Source: Raillietiella orientalis (Eukaryota). Taken from it: DNA of 64,000 nt. The position numbers and the translations under genes are program-made. The notes beneath the pieces were generated by a model. That model did not search any database. It saw only the letters and a program-made list of their open reading frames with translations, and was not told where the DNA came from. Below are positions 37,422 through 51,721 of this stretch, piece after piece. The stretch is from positions 372,001 through 436,000 of the forward strand of contig JAYWIR010000059.1 in assembly GCA_036172245.1 (NCBI GenBank), given 5' to 3'. Within the stretch, counting starts at the first letter, position 1, and each line of letters starts with the position of its first letter.

Positions 37422-40400
37422 GACTTTGCCTTTTCCCATGATACTCATGAGATGAATAGAATCAAATAGATAAATAGAATAGAATCATAGATACACCACA
37501 ACATTGAGGATTTCTGGAACTCAAAGCTTCGAGCTCATTCATACTCCCAAAGCTTGTGGTGGCATCGTCTCATAGCCCGAACCGGAGATTCCCTTGCAAA
37601 TTGTGATTTCCGACAAATGAGAATGCTGATTTTGCTTTAGCTGAAGAACGATTCAGTTCATCCAGCTTGATGACTATGGAACAAATGCTGAGTACAGGAA
37701 CTTTTTTTTTTTTCCTTTCTGTGGACTATTCTTTGAAGGAACCCAAATGACGGAATATTACCAGCAGTCTCGAGTAGCTTTGAAATCGTTAGCAGCCTCA
37801 TAACAAGAGACAGATCAGCTGAGAGTGTTCCAATTTCGAAGTCAGTTTCCATCCGTTATCTTCACTTCTGCCTGTTGGTTATTTTGTTAGTCAGTTTTAC
37901 ATCAACATTAAAGAGGTTTATGGAAAATAAGGTCTGTTGCAGGCGCACCGTGGGTACAAATTTTTCTGGATCCTCACTTACAGTGAGCTATTTGTGACCA
38001 CTACACAGAGTCACAAACCTATTGTGCTCTCCTGACAGATTTGTGATGATTCGTTGATTCTTATTTAAAGTTTAAACGCTCTTGCTGACATTGCCGCCTT
38101 CATTGTTTCTTACATTCATCATTTATATTTGTAATTTCAAGGAAAAAGCACTGAGCAGTTATTCGGTGACTCACTGAATAATTGCTGAGTTCTCTCGCCA
38201 TCTTCATCTTCCCACTAACAATAGCTGAATTTCCTGTGTTCATTAGAACATTTCAATGAATAATACACTCAAGATAGAAAATTCTAGACATCAATCTTCT
38301 TTTATACCTCTAAACCTTATAAAAAGGATAGTGATTAGCACTCTATTACTTCTCTACTTCTCTGGCACCCTATTACTTTATTTCGATTGCTATCTAATTG
38401 ATCTTTCCCAGAAAGAATTTGGAATTCAGCGACGTGAATTCTGGAACATCTTTTCTATTCTTGGTCTGGGTTCAGTTTTAATTGTTTCTCAGCATCTTCT
38501 GCTATTTGGCGATTGAGTCATCGAGTGCCCGACGGAAACGAGGCAGATGAGCTTCTAATCCAGGATTCACAGAAATTACATACGTATCCTGAGGTTGCAT
38601 TTTCGATTCACATGATTGTATCTAAGAATTCAAAGTGTACATGAGTGACAAATTCGGAGATTGATATGAGGGAAATATCACCCTTTTGATCATATCCACA
38701 CGCGTGATTTCCAGCTTTCCTCTGAACCCAGTCTCATTTAGGGAAACAACGTATCCTGGAAATAATTTCATATTTTAAGAGTTGGCATTCCATTGCGCAA
38801 CTTTTGCTCTGACATAAAAAAAGAAGGCACACTAATGCAATAGGCAGCTGGATCAGTTTCCTTTATTTTCTCTTCCCCCTCCCCCCTTCAGATCTGCCCC
38901 AGCCATCCAATGAGAAAGTTTAAAGCAGAACCAAATCTCCGAGAACTTTCAAGCTATTAGCAGTGTGAGTCATCTATTGAAACAGTTCGGAGCAAGCAGA
39001 GTAAAACAGAGCTCTACAAAAATAAGAAGCAGATACGAATGGATTTAGCTTGACCTGGGCACAATGCATTGAGGCGTAGGACCTTGGTAGCTGTAAATAT
39101 TGGATTTTCAAACAGTTGTTGTTCAAAACAGAAAGGAAAAAAGAAAGAGGAAAAAAGGAAAGAAAACTGCGACGCACAGCTTCCCTCTGACTTTTGAGAA
39201 TTCATTTGCAAGTTCACTGCTCCTGAAAGGTTTTAAACTTCACGTCGCGGCATGGTTCGCCTCAGACTCGACCGAGCGACCAAAGTTCAGGGCGCAGCTG
39301 AGTGCCTACGAATACAGGCTGTTATCGAGATTGAACGCAAGAGTTCCAGCACGCTCCTGTGACAAGGGAAAATGCAAACGAGCAGTTGGACTAATTACCC
39401 TTTGGAAAACAGGGTGAGAGAGATGCTTTGGAGGAATCTGAAACCCCAATTTATATTTGCATCGAACGTCGATTTCACGAGAACCAAAGCATACATGCCG
39501 CTCTCGTAGACTGGAGCGATGGCGTCTTCATCATTCGCGTGCACCCTCCCTTCACTCGAAGAGTGAACAAACTAGGCGTTGCCAAGATCCTTCCTCATGG
39601 CAAGAGTTTCGAATCACTTTTGTGAAAAGCAGAAGCATCATTGTGCTATGAAACAACGAATTGAAAAAACGAACGATTAATGGTTATTGATTTATGTATT
39701 TGGAGAACTTCCAAAACATCTACAAAAAATCTGTGAGAAGAAATCCTGCAACAAGCAAGTCATCTATCTGATTTATAAAACCCAAATGTCATGAGTGGTG
39801 CCTTTTTATTTTTATTTTTTTTTATATACAAGTATTTAAATGTATGGAATTCTTTTTTGGCTTGATCACTGCAGTAGCAATGGTTTTTAGATTGCAATTT
39901 TTGAGCGCATTGGTAACAGCTACCGACGTCTGTAAATCGAAAGAAAAATGATAACCTTTGGAGTCGAGCATAGAAACTCACTATGTGAGAATAATTATCT
40001 GATACTGCCACATCCATCACAGCGCCGAGTTCTTCCGAACTGTTCCATAAATCCTCCTATTTAAGCAAAGGAGATCCGGCAAAGAAAGATGCAATCTTAT
40101 CCCTTCGAGATATATGCGAACTACCTTAAGGGAATTGTAGGAACGAACTTGATTCTCGAGCAATGCCTGGACGCTGTCCTCGGCGGATGCCACGTCCAGC
40201 TTCTCCGCTAAGTCCCAAACTTCTTTTGAATGGGTTAAAAGGAACCTGGGAATGAGTAGAGGCGTCCCATCAATACACAAAACATCGGCATGGACGAACA
40301 CATGAAACACTTTCAAGTTCATTTTCCACTACCCTTCAATCTTACTAGTAGCAAAGGGATCGTATATGAATTCCTTCAGATAAACACTAGAATACTCTCT

Positions 40401-43400
40401 TCTGATTCGAAATCGACAGGGGGTCCAAACACAGACAAAGGAATCCAAAAGGCAGCTTGTCTCTTGGATTCCTTCCGAATTTTCCTCCTCTTAGGACTCT
40501 GTTTCAAGTTCCCTCACACCTTCTCATCGTGGCTTCCAGACAGGAGTTTCCAGCTGGTTGCATGGAAAGCAGATGCTTCTGCGACCAGTTGTGCTTTTTT
40601 GGAGTCTGCTCCTCAAGGTTCCACGTACCCATGCTTGGAAAGCATCCGAGTTGCAAGGGAAAAAAACCATGGGAGACGATCATCTTCCCATCCTAAATTT
40701 TCCCTCTCAGGCTCAACTTGGAATTTTTCTGCTTCTGATTTGTCCATGCAGCAGTGTATGATAGCAGATTCCTTTCCAGCAGCTCCCGGGAGAGTTTCCG
40801 TTCTTCTTCTTCCTCTTCCATCCCGCGTTCGGCTTCCGGATCGCTTCTCTCACCTCCTCGACTCTCAGGAGCACTCACTCCACGTGTTGAATGTCGCAAA
40901 AACTTCCCGCCCTTACACCCTCCAAGCTCGTGCCTCTTTTTCCTGTCATGCTGCTTTCAAGTTCGCGCAACAGGATATAAATCGTTCTTTTGTTTTACTT
41001 GCACTTCATAAGCGGTGAAATATTCCAAAATTCTAAATCATCTCCCGGGAATATGAGTTTTTGACAGGATACTCTTCTTATTGTTCCGTCTGCACCCACT
41101 TGTGAGTTTTACGATCCCTTGAGGAAGTGAATTTCACTCTTGAGTTGCAGAGGCAAAAAAGGAAAGAACCGAGAGCAGAACCGATGCCAAAGGTTTCCTC
41201 CATAATTCTAGCGCGCCCGTGTGGCAACTGGACGCCTCAGGTGACAATGTTCAGAGATCAGACAGTTTTCGAGGGGTCCTATGGAAACGCTTGAAGGAGC
41301 ACCTGCGCGCGCGCAATGGTGCTCATCGTGCTCCCAGAAGGCAAGTGATCGATGCAGTTCAGAAGATATAACAGCATCTGTCGACAGGTTTTTGCATTAT
41401 CCACTTTCGATGCATACACGGATACACACACATATACATGCATGCATGCATACGTACGTACATCGCTTAGTCTACCCATGAATTTGGACAATATCGATAT
41501 TTTGGGTGATCCCGATAACGATAAATTACGTACGGAACAGACTGCGGCTCGTAAAAAAGATGGCATTTGCATCCCACGGCCACTACGTTTAATTTATTCA
41601 GCTAAAATGACTTTAATGGCATGAAGTGTCATGGAAAGAACTTCGCTCTCCCAAGTTAAATATGAGTGCTGCCAGCAGTAGTCGTACTGCAGTGAATTAG
41701 ATGGCGACATAAATTTTTTTCGATATTTGTGAAAGGTCATCGTTTCCTCTAATGATGGAGGAGAGTATCCAGTGTTGTGCAATTCTTGTCATGTTACCTT
41801 CTCCATGTTGTGACAATAACCTTGTTGTTCCCAATCCCAATCCGATTCCCAATCAGCATCTCAAAACATCGGTGGAGACTTTCACAGCAGAACATCCGAA
41901 TACAAGGCAGAAAACAAGTCTTATGAGATGAATATTCCTCCAGGTATGCTTTCACCATATTGGGAGCTTTTCGCAAGTTGGAACTTGCTGTGATGTTCTT
42001 GCTGCTCTGCTTTAATCGATGCCCTCGGCAATTTGCGTTGGACTGTTTATGCATGCTATCAAAATAAAATACGGAAAGTTCATTTTGGAACTTTCGCTGT
42101 CTTTGTCCTTGTGTGGATGCCATGGTAGCTGCCGTGGAGGCTTGCCAAACCCATCATCTGTTTCACAAAGAGAAATCCTTCTGATACCATTCGAGTTGAT
42201 GAGTTGGTTAGAGCCGTTCTTTAGAGTCATGTGTCCTGAGGGGTAGTCAGAAAGCAGGCAAGGAACGTAAGTAATTGATGAATTATGAGGTTCCGGGAAG
42301 GCAATGGTTCGAGTGATCTTTAAAAGACGAAAAATGATACGACGAGGAAGTTGCCTAACAGATCTGATAATTTCCAAAGTGATAGACCCTCGAAAACAGA
42401 AACTCAGGAGCAGATTTCTGGATTAACATTGAAGGTTATGAACCAAAAAATTTTTAAGATGAGCTGAACTGTTGACTGATTTACTTGAATCTGGTTGCAC
42501 TGCAAAGTTTATTTAAATGCTCATCGTACATTTCTAAAAATCAGAATGCACGATTCAAAGCCCATGCTTTTGATGCGCGGCTACTACCTAAACGAAGACA
42601 ACATCTGAAATAAAGAAACCATAAAGTTTGCAACAGCCATAAAAATCAGACTGAATATGTGTTTGAGAAAGTTTTTGGGAGCATCTTATTTGACTTGTAT
42701 GGTCATCCAAGCAAGATGTATGTTTACTTGATGTTTATGGCATTGGAAGAAAGCGTTTCAGCCATTACCTCTGTAGGCTTCGAAGGGAAAAACTTTTTTT
42801 TGACCTTCCTGAGCGAAGCAGCTAGTTTAGAATCCTGAAGCACAATTTCTGAGATTCTCACAATGGGAAAAAAGAAAAAAAAGAGACAAAAAAGGAATTC
42901 TAAAATTGCATTTCTAATGCTGGTCTTGTACGAAGCATCGTGGAATCTGTGCAGCAGCAGAACAAGTAGCAAATAAGCTTGAGACATGCAGGAGCATGCT
43001 TTATTCACTTCTAGATGACTCAGAAAGGCAGAATTCCCCTTGAGAATCGGTAGGTCCCCGAGACTTTTAAGATATTATTGGTGTTTTCTCTCAAGATACT
43101 CAAACTCATAAGCATGAAGTCCAAGTAAACGTCATATGGAAGTTTTAGAAGTGTTCACGTCGATATCCTTTGTTCAACAGTTCTCTTGCTATTGCTGTTT
43201 CTTCTTCAGAAGATTTCTTCGGCTACCTGTGCCTAGTTAGGTGGAGGAATTCAAGGCTGAAATGAGTCAGATCTCCTGTCGTGTGTGACTGCGGACTTTA
43301 CTTCCAGACACTGTGTTTCTAGACTATGGAATCCCTAGAGACCAGCTTTCCAGGAAACTGAAAGTTGTTCAAGAATAAAAATATCGATGCTACTTGAGCG

Positions 43401-44524
43401 GCTTTTTTGATAGGAAAGCTCAACAGCAGGAACTGATAGGAGCTACCATTGATAGAAGTGTAACGAAAGGGAACCCGAAATCCGAAATCCGAGAAGGCTC
43501 TTCACTTCTTTAAACGAGAATGTTTACATGCATGTTTACATCCGAATGAGAGATACATACTTATACGAGAGCTGTGAAGATTGACCTATTTGTTATTTTG
43601 ATTCTGAGATACAACTCTTATAGTTCAAATCGAAAAATGGTGAAGAGTGCAAATACGAATTTAACATGATTCAGAGCATATAGTAGACTTCTTGCTCCTT
43701 ACAAGAAACAACGGGATGATCAAAGAATAAGTTCCTTGGTATGCTTAAGATGCATAATGGTTTTGTCTCTGTTGTTTTGAACATGGTGAACAGCAGGCCC
43801 ACCGGAAATCATAACTAAGATCTAAACTCAATCAATAGTACAAAAGCAGTATCGCATGAGCACTTGCGACTAAGAAGGCCGTAAGTAACTCTTACGAAGA
43901 AACTGCAGCGTGATCTGCACAAATAATTTAGAGCCCACGATTTAGAACTAAAGGTATAGCAAAAACAACAGACCCTCGGAATTTTTTGCTTAATTCCGGT
44001 GAAAGAAAAGTGAGAAAGAGAATTCAGGCTTCGGTCTTAAGATGGCTGGACAATTCTTAGATCACATCACCGAAAGCTAGAGTTGTGCATGCAATTACGA
44101 ATTCAAGGAGAGCCATAGAGGCAAAAGAAAGGTGGGCACTTTGAAAGGTGGGGACCAAGATGCATTCATGGAAGGAATTGAGATTACTTCTTTTCCCCAG
44201 AATATGAATCATAAAAAAAGCACCTTGGTTAGATATTATTCGAAAGTGGATGAGTTTTCTCGTCAAGAGATAGAAAAATGAGAAATTAAGGCTTTCATAT
44301 GTCGTAGAGGGATCCGTTCATTAGCAAAGGAAGTCAGATCGAAGTTGTCAGCTTTATTTTTGACAGGAGAGGAATGTAAATGAGCACCTGTTGCCGGAAC
44401 TTCCATGTTGTATCTGAAGAACTCTCTGAGTTAAGAAGAGATAACGTTTCATTGAGGTAACAGTGACCTTTTGAATCAGCACCAGCTGAGATCATCGGAT
44501 TACGAACACGCAAACCGACGCAAC

Positions 44525-44805
44525 CTGACTTTCTTCAGGGCATGCTCTTCCACAAACATTCCATTTGGGTTCGGTTTCCTCGCGAGCATGAAAGCGTTCT
44601 GATTTCGAGGTTGCTGGCAGGGAGTTCTCGCGTCTTTGCTCAGTTTTCTTAATCAGATTTTCGATGTAATTTAAACAAGCTCTTTCCTCAGGAGGCATCT
44701 GCAAACCGTCCAGGTAAATATTGTTATCATGTCGGACTGCGAGATGTAGCAGGTCGCTGCTTTGGTCGTCAACCAGAAAGATGTATGGCAACCCATTAGA
44801 ATCAC
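44525..44805 (-). CDS. Possible exon of unknown gene
   Basis: Open frame DSNGLPYIFLVDD...CLNYIENLIKKTEQ...EPKWNVCGRACPEESQ bounded by tag| and |gttgcg; no recognised domain. Confidence 0.3.
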
Positions 44806-47800
44806 CTAGTGTTATCGAGGTGGAGAATCGATAGTTGGGGAGGGAAAGCCAGCAATTTTCTTTGGAGTGCTGGATCACCAAGAGGTTGTTTTCATCTTTT
44901 TTTCCCGTAAATCTATCCGGCTAAAAGATCCAGAGATTGCAGTGAAATGTTCCACCATGAAGAATGCTTGATGGTAATTTGAAGTTGACGGCCATTAATC
45001 AGTTTGTAGGCGAAGATATCTTGCTATTTGTTTTGTCATTTGAAAAGTAGAGACTCAGCATGCCAGATAAGTTGTTGCTTTGCAAATTTTCATGCTAGTC
45101 TCCTGGAGTTTCCTGAGACATTTAAGAAGAAAATTGAATGAAAAAATGGGAGTGACACGACCCCCTCCGTTCGACTCTAGGTGTTTTTCGTGAACCAGAT
45201 AAAATTCACGATCCAAGCATCTTCTCTTGGTTTCGGAGAGCCAAGGTAATCACGTTCTTTGGGGTGCAATGAAGAATGGCAAACGGCAGGCGGTTCAAAC
45301 ACTCGCATTCTTGCAGTCCAGGAACTCCTCGCTATCTCCCGGAACGTTGGATTCCTTCGCCGGTGGAAAGCATGATTTAAATCCGCAGCAAAAGAATGAG
45401 TTTTTCTCAGGATAAACATAAACATTGTTAATTTTCCATAGAAGATGTCTTTGTACTCTTCAGCTCCCTTTGTGATTACCGACTGGCGAGTGCAGATCGA
45501 GCAGGGTGCAAGTCTGTGGTCTGCAGGTGGGATCCGCGTGAGAAATGCAGTTGTAGAACTCCCTCGTCCTGTCTGACTGCTGCTGATGTTATTTTCTTCC
45601 GACTTTCGAATGCGCACGTTCTCCTGGAAGCTGATTCCCTCAACTGCTGCAAAAAACAGGGCGACGGTACGGGAGTGGGCTTAGGCCGGGAGGAAAACTG
45701 ACTCTTTTTAACGTTCGGTGCACTCATGCTCACGACCTCGCCATGTTTTTATTCGGACGCAGAACACGCAGACACTTCCGAGACGCAGAACGGACCCTAG
45801 CATGGTGCGCCAATTCGAATGAAGGAATCCAGAGGATCTGGGTTCGAGAATGAGTTTATTCAAAGTCGTACTCGTGGGGGCTCATATGTTCACTCTTGAG
45901 CTTATAAAATAAACGTTCTCATTCGAGAGTGAGTCCTCTCCGTGGAGTTTTCCTTCAGGAAATCCTCATCATCAGTTTGAACAATCTGCAATCTACAAGA
46001 GAAGGATTCATTGCAAACTTGTGGTCAGATTCTACAACTGCAGAAGCGGCAGGGTGGCTGAATGGCGTTTTTGTTATTTCCTTTTGTCTCTAAGGGAGTG
46101 TGTAGTGCGTTTGCTCTGGTAGAACTTCCACCTGTTCCATTGGTTCTCCAATCTCAATCATATCTCACCATACTGAGATTAAATCAGCATCCTCTTGGCA
46201 TTATCCCGTTCCATGAAATTCGGGTCTTTATTTCCGAGAAGATTCATTTTTACTAATGGCGTGAAAATACGTCCGAGGTTAGATTACGAAGCAGAATGTC
46301 TTCCTACTAATGAATCGCGCTGTTTATCATTTGTTCGGAAGCTTCCAGAAACCCTCTTCAATCATGGCTTCATGAAAAAAAAAAAAAAAAACGCTGAGTT
46401 TTGTTTACGCAAGGAGCCCCCACATCCACAAACTTTTGACTGCCGAGCACTGGAAGGCACACAGGTTTCTGACACACTTCACTTCTCATTACACAGACTC
46501 AACAGTTTTGAGATCGAAATGCGAAACACTTTACAAATAAAACGGACCTTTTCCTTCTTTCCTCATAGAGGAGGCAAAAATAAAAAAATAAATGCACTCC
46601 AAGTGGGAATCTCTTCGGCATTACGCGGTAAATCTCATGCTGAGAATTGGTCCTTTAATTTATTTGATAGAATTGCTGAACATAATGTTTCTTTTCTCTC
46701 TCTTCAGTTGATTTATGAGTCTGCAAAATGAGAATTTAACAGTGGATTCTTTTGCAGAGGAAAAAAAAAACAATGAGGAGATCTATGGCAACAGGAAAAA
46801 AGAAAGAAAGAAAGAAAAGGGAATTGGCTAGGGATAATTTAATCTCACCGTGCAGATTCTTACAGGCTTATTAGAAATTGCAATTTCTTTGCAGATCTGT
46901 TCTCACTACTAGTTTTTGTGTACTATAAGAAGTTTATTACAGAACGATGGTTGGCATAGTGCCTTTACAGTATGAACTGAGCTTCGACGCTGGACAAAAA
47001 AGCTTCATCATCGGTGTCCCCAAAATCTCCAAGGAAATTTATTTTATTCAAAACAGACAGCGTAGAGTTTTTCTTAGAGGATATTCTCAAATCAGAAAAG
47101 ATCTCAGATTGAGAAAAGTTTTTTTTCTTTTCCGATCTCCAAAGATTGAGTAGGATGTCACCTTCGTGGAGCAGCGATCGTTCTGCATGTCATCATTGCT
47201 TTCTTCGAGCACATCTACTCGTGGAGAAGCTGCGAGTTTTATGAAGAGGCACTTTCCATCTAGAAAACACCAAGCACCTAGTGGCCATGATAGAAAATGG
47301 AGGCGGACAGTTGTAGCTTCTGACGTGGAAAGCTTTGTATCCGAAAAAAACACGACACTCTTCCTGGCACGGGGTCTTCACTAATGGAATCGCTGTTTCT
47401 AACCGCTGTGAAAAGTATCTCTGCAGACTCAGCAGTAGTATCAGGTAACAGTGCACCGCTCGAGATCCAGTAGTGCACTCTGTGATATACGAAGATGCAA
47501 ACAAAAATAGAATGGCAGAATTCCTTTGGTGAAGCAAGAAGGTTTTTCCTGGATATTATCTTCAAAAAAGTGCTTTCGAACCAGTAAACTTGTTAGTTCA
47601 AGTTATCTCTGACCCACTTCGTGATATCTTTGTATTTCTTTTGCAATTTTCCCTAAATTACTGCTTCTTAAGCGAGATCAAGTAGTGATCTTGAAAAATG
47701 GCAACCATGAAAACAGAAGTCTGCTATTCTCTTTGCATATGTTTGCTTGAACTCCACGAGAAGGAACAGATTCTGAAAGCATGCTCCAGTGCTCTGCCAT

Positions 47801-48982
47801 GCCCAGATCACGGATTCTCCTCGATGTCTTTAATCGTGCAAAAAAATGCTGACTAGCAAAGAGCGCCAATAGGTTATTCATGTGCATCGAAGTGTACTTT
47901 TGTACAATCTACTTTTGTATCTATCCAGACAACCCGGCTCGTGAAACGTGGTGTTCCGCTTAAAGAGTCGCGAGCCCTAGCTGACGAAAGTTTCCCCACG
48001 AATTCAACAAGAGAAAGAAGTGCATGAGTATGAGGCCAAGGAGAATGGTCATCCACATCTCCGCTACGTTTGTATTTTTTGTTCTGCTGAATAGTTATCG
48101 CTATCCCTCTGCCACAAGTCATAATAACTTGGATTACCGAGTTGCGTTGTCCGCTTGCAGTAGGGATGATTTGTCGTGATTAGCTAACTAGTAGTAGTTC
48201 AGTTAACACAGGCGAGCACAAAGCTGCCTGGAGCAACTGCATGAAAGTGTCGTTAGTCAAATTAGTCACTTTTTGAACACTCATTCATGTATGATGGATT
48301 GCATTTCCGTACTCTTGACAAGTGTGTGTGTAATACAGAAGTGAAGACAGATATCGAATCTTGTTTGGAAGGATGAACGGGAATTTTATGAAGTCCTCTT
48401 AAGACAAGTGTCTGGGGGCTACTGCTTACTTTGAGTCCTTTCCTTGATCTTCCATTAGATTCAGTAGTCTGGTAATTTCTTCAATTTATCTCTGGGTTCT
48501 TTGCACATTGGAGCATAATTTCAGGGAGCACTTGTTCACCTCCAGGAAAAGGGGACTCTTGGAAGAAAAACTTTAACCATTCTCTCGTTTTGGCTCGCTT
48601 ATGCTTGAACGAATGTCTCCAAATAGCAAGGATGAAATCTTCTCAGTCTTTAGAAGCATTCTCAAGATGCAATTTGCAAAAATCTGGCATTAGATAATAT
48701 GTTAATATGAGTACTATCTTTTCATGGAAAACAAAATCAGCCATAGTTTCGATTAGGTTTGGCTTGTGTGCTAAATGAAGACATTGGAACTGATGTGCGT
48801 CTTCCCTTTGGTCCCTTGCTTTGAACTTTTTCTCTTTGCCTTTCCAAGGGTAAGGTCAACAAGTATGACAAAGCTTTTGGGAGTTAGGATGACGTTTGCA
48901 GAATGATTCCGATTTTTTCCTTTAAATGACAGTTTGCAATTATTAAAATCAGAGTGCGTCCCCAGTCTTCCATTGTCTGCAA

Positions 48983-49088
48983 GACATTTTGTGAAGATTT
49001 GAATCCGGACAAAATGCCGGTTTCTGAGGGAAACTGGCGTGTGCGAATGTAAATCTGTCTCTGGGTCGGCGCTTCGAAACGAAAAGCA
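48983..49088 (+). repeat. ~105-bp dispersed repeat, copy 1
   Basis: Diverged copy of 51212-51317 (tttgtgaagatttgaatc...ctgagggaaactggcg.gtgcgaatgtaaatctgtctctgggtcgg). Confidence 0.88.
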
Positions 49089-50890
49089 TTCCCCTACTAC
49101 AAAAGCCTTCGTGAGGTGCCGTGGAAAAAGTTTTCAGGTTACTTCTGCTTCAAAAAATGCACTTCGTGAATCAGAGACAATCGAAGAGCTGATACTCACA
49201 GATAAAACTTTTGTATCCAGCAGAGATGTATTCTGAATCGCAGATAGCTACCTCGTCTTCTTTCGGATGTAAAAAAAAAATAATTGCTTCCTCCCACTTA
49301 CTCGTTTGTCATATCTCTTTCACAGATCCGATGAATGCCCGTTTTCCTTCTTCCCTTTCATAATATTTCTGGCATACGATCGTTTTCACCTTGATGATGA
49401 ATGTGCTGTGAGTGTGTTCTGCACTCGCAGTAAACACCCACACACTCAGTGTATCCGAACGATTTCAAGCCTTGCGTAGAACGGGTGCGAAAACAAACGT
49501 TTCTTCAAAAACGAAAAATGCTCCTTTCTATTTTTGCACGTGGCAATCCATTTTTTTTTTTTTGATGTTTTTATCCCTGAATTTAGCTGTACCATTTTTT
49601 CAAAGAATTTTTTCCTCACGCGTGTTTTTTTTTCCTTTTAAATTAATACATTGTGTACTTCAGGCAGTTGTCATGGTTGTGAAGTTTAGTCCCGTTAGGT
49701 CTACTTGCCATTTCACCACCGAATGCAGCTTTTGCTGCCCCGGAAGAGAATCCTTTGTATCTAAAATTCAGATCCATCTAGAAATGTCCCATTCACAACT
49801 CTTGCAAAAACAAATGAACTGTTAATCGTAAGATTATATGTTCTTCCTTTCCGTTCACATGGAAGCACATGTTGATCATCTTGATGATCCCTACCTCTCC
49901 ATCTTCTGAAAACTGTCTTCCAGACTTTTTTTCCTCTTTTTTTTACAAGGATTTTTATTACAATATTTATTGAGCTCGGGTTCATGTCGTACTGAGAATA
50001 CTTCTGAATGAGAGTCCGAGGAAAATCTCGAATTTGATGATTTTATGTTGGAGTGCTCTAAACGCTTTCATGGAATCGACAAGCCGAAGCGTTATTAGAA
50101 ACACTTAATGCGAGCCTCCGGATGACTGAGCTTTATGGTTGGCTTCTAGCAGCATATCGACGATGCCGACGTCGCATATACGGGGTTTCACAGTTCCGTG
50201 TACAATTCTAGAGCGAAGGCGAAAAAATTCGAAAAACAACGAACAATTCTCAGTGTTTCAGACTTCTACCCGAGCGGCCAAGACTCGACCTTAATTTTCT
50301 CGTGTCTTTTTTGCCAACAGCCAGGGAATTAATTGTTCTTTTCCTAACTCATCTGAGAACGAGGATCACCAACAGCAATGCTGAAGTCAATGTTTCCTTT
50401 CAGGGGATAAAGTATTCGAGAGAAGAATGTCAAGGTAAACTGACGAAGGACCTCATCTCTTGAAATTAATGTGTTCTCCAGACATGTTACTTTGTTATGA
50501 GCGTGAGAGTTGAAAAAGTTTCATGCAAAGCAGGCATATTTTTTGTGAAGATCTGGGAGAACCGGTGAGGCGAAGTGTGATATATCCTGTGTTCCACCTG
50601 CTCCTCGTTTTACCGGGACGCCTAGCAGGTAGACGTCATCGTCAAGGACCACGTGTTCCGCTTTTCATTTCTCTACTTGAGAGGCTCTATTTGCGAATGA
50701 TTCCAAGGAAGAGGGGAAAAGGGGAAAATGATTTTTAAAATCGAATTATGGGGTATATGCGCCGTGAGTAGTTTACTTCAAGAACGATTCATTTTCATTA
50801 AACTAAAGAGGAGTAGAAAATCACCACCCGTGTATCGTAAATAATAGAAGGGTCCGATTAGAGGAAAGTGTCCTGCACTTTTTTTTTTTT

Positions 50891-51721
50891 TCAGGATGCT
50901 GGGGTTGATATTTCGGAAGTGTCTGAGACAACCAGCAAGCTTATTGTGGCGGTGTATCTGCGTACTGAAACAAAAAAAGAAAAACAGCTGTGTTCTTCAG
51001 CAGGTGACAGTTCCTAGACAAACCTTTGCACAAGTAGAGTCCGCTGTCCTTAGAAGAAGCCTTGTGGACAACCAGTTGTTTTTTCCTGTCGATGTTAATA
51101 CGACCACGTTTGCGGAGCAATACGCCGTTCTTCTTCCACTGAATCAGCTTCCTGCAAACACAGACGCGAATCCAGAATGTGTCAGAGTGTGCTCAGTAGG
51201 ACGTGTTTGGGGACTTTTTGTGAAGATTTGAATCTGAACAAAATGCCAGTTTCTGAGGGAAACTGGCGCGTGCGAATGTAAATCTGTCTCTGGGTCGGTG
51301 CTTTGAAACAGAAAGCAAATTCCGTCTATCCCATGAAAGCAGATGCGCCGCGGCAGACCACACCCCCGCGTTTCATTCCCCGCAAGCATTCATGTGTCAA
51401 AAAAGGGGTGTCTCTTCCCGGTTACACTGGCTACACTGCAAGCTGTTGTTACCTTAAGTATTTAGGTACCGGGCACTTAATTCTTATGGAAGTTCCTTTG
51501 AGAATCGTGGCGTTTCCACCGATTTTCAAAGATATGCGGGATGCTTTCTTGCTTTGCAAGAAGTTCTGCTGCCTGTCCGCCTTGATGACTTCATGTAAAC
51601 GGGAAGCACACTTCCGCCTCCCCACGCATAGGTGATAAGGATCTCTCTTCATGCCGTGCTCCTTGGTTCTGAGGCACCGTCCCTTCCGGAAGCAGTTCTC
51701 CGACTGGCATGGAACGGAACA
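50891..51721 (-). CDS. ADAMTSL degenerate TSR plus Ig-domain exons (51721-51453, 51151-51024, 50964-50891)
   Basis: CSVPC...QQNFLQSKKASRISLKIGGNATILKGTSIRIKCPVPKYLR|KLIQWKKNG...DSGLYLCK|VRRYTATISLLVVSDTSEISTPAS*. Confidence 0.82.

Noticed and set aside
40290..41018. 242-aa ORF on + strand, the longest in the window
   Set aside because: No recognisable domain; Ser/Phe/Leu-rich composition typical of an antisense shadow of purine-rich minus-strand sequence.
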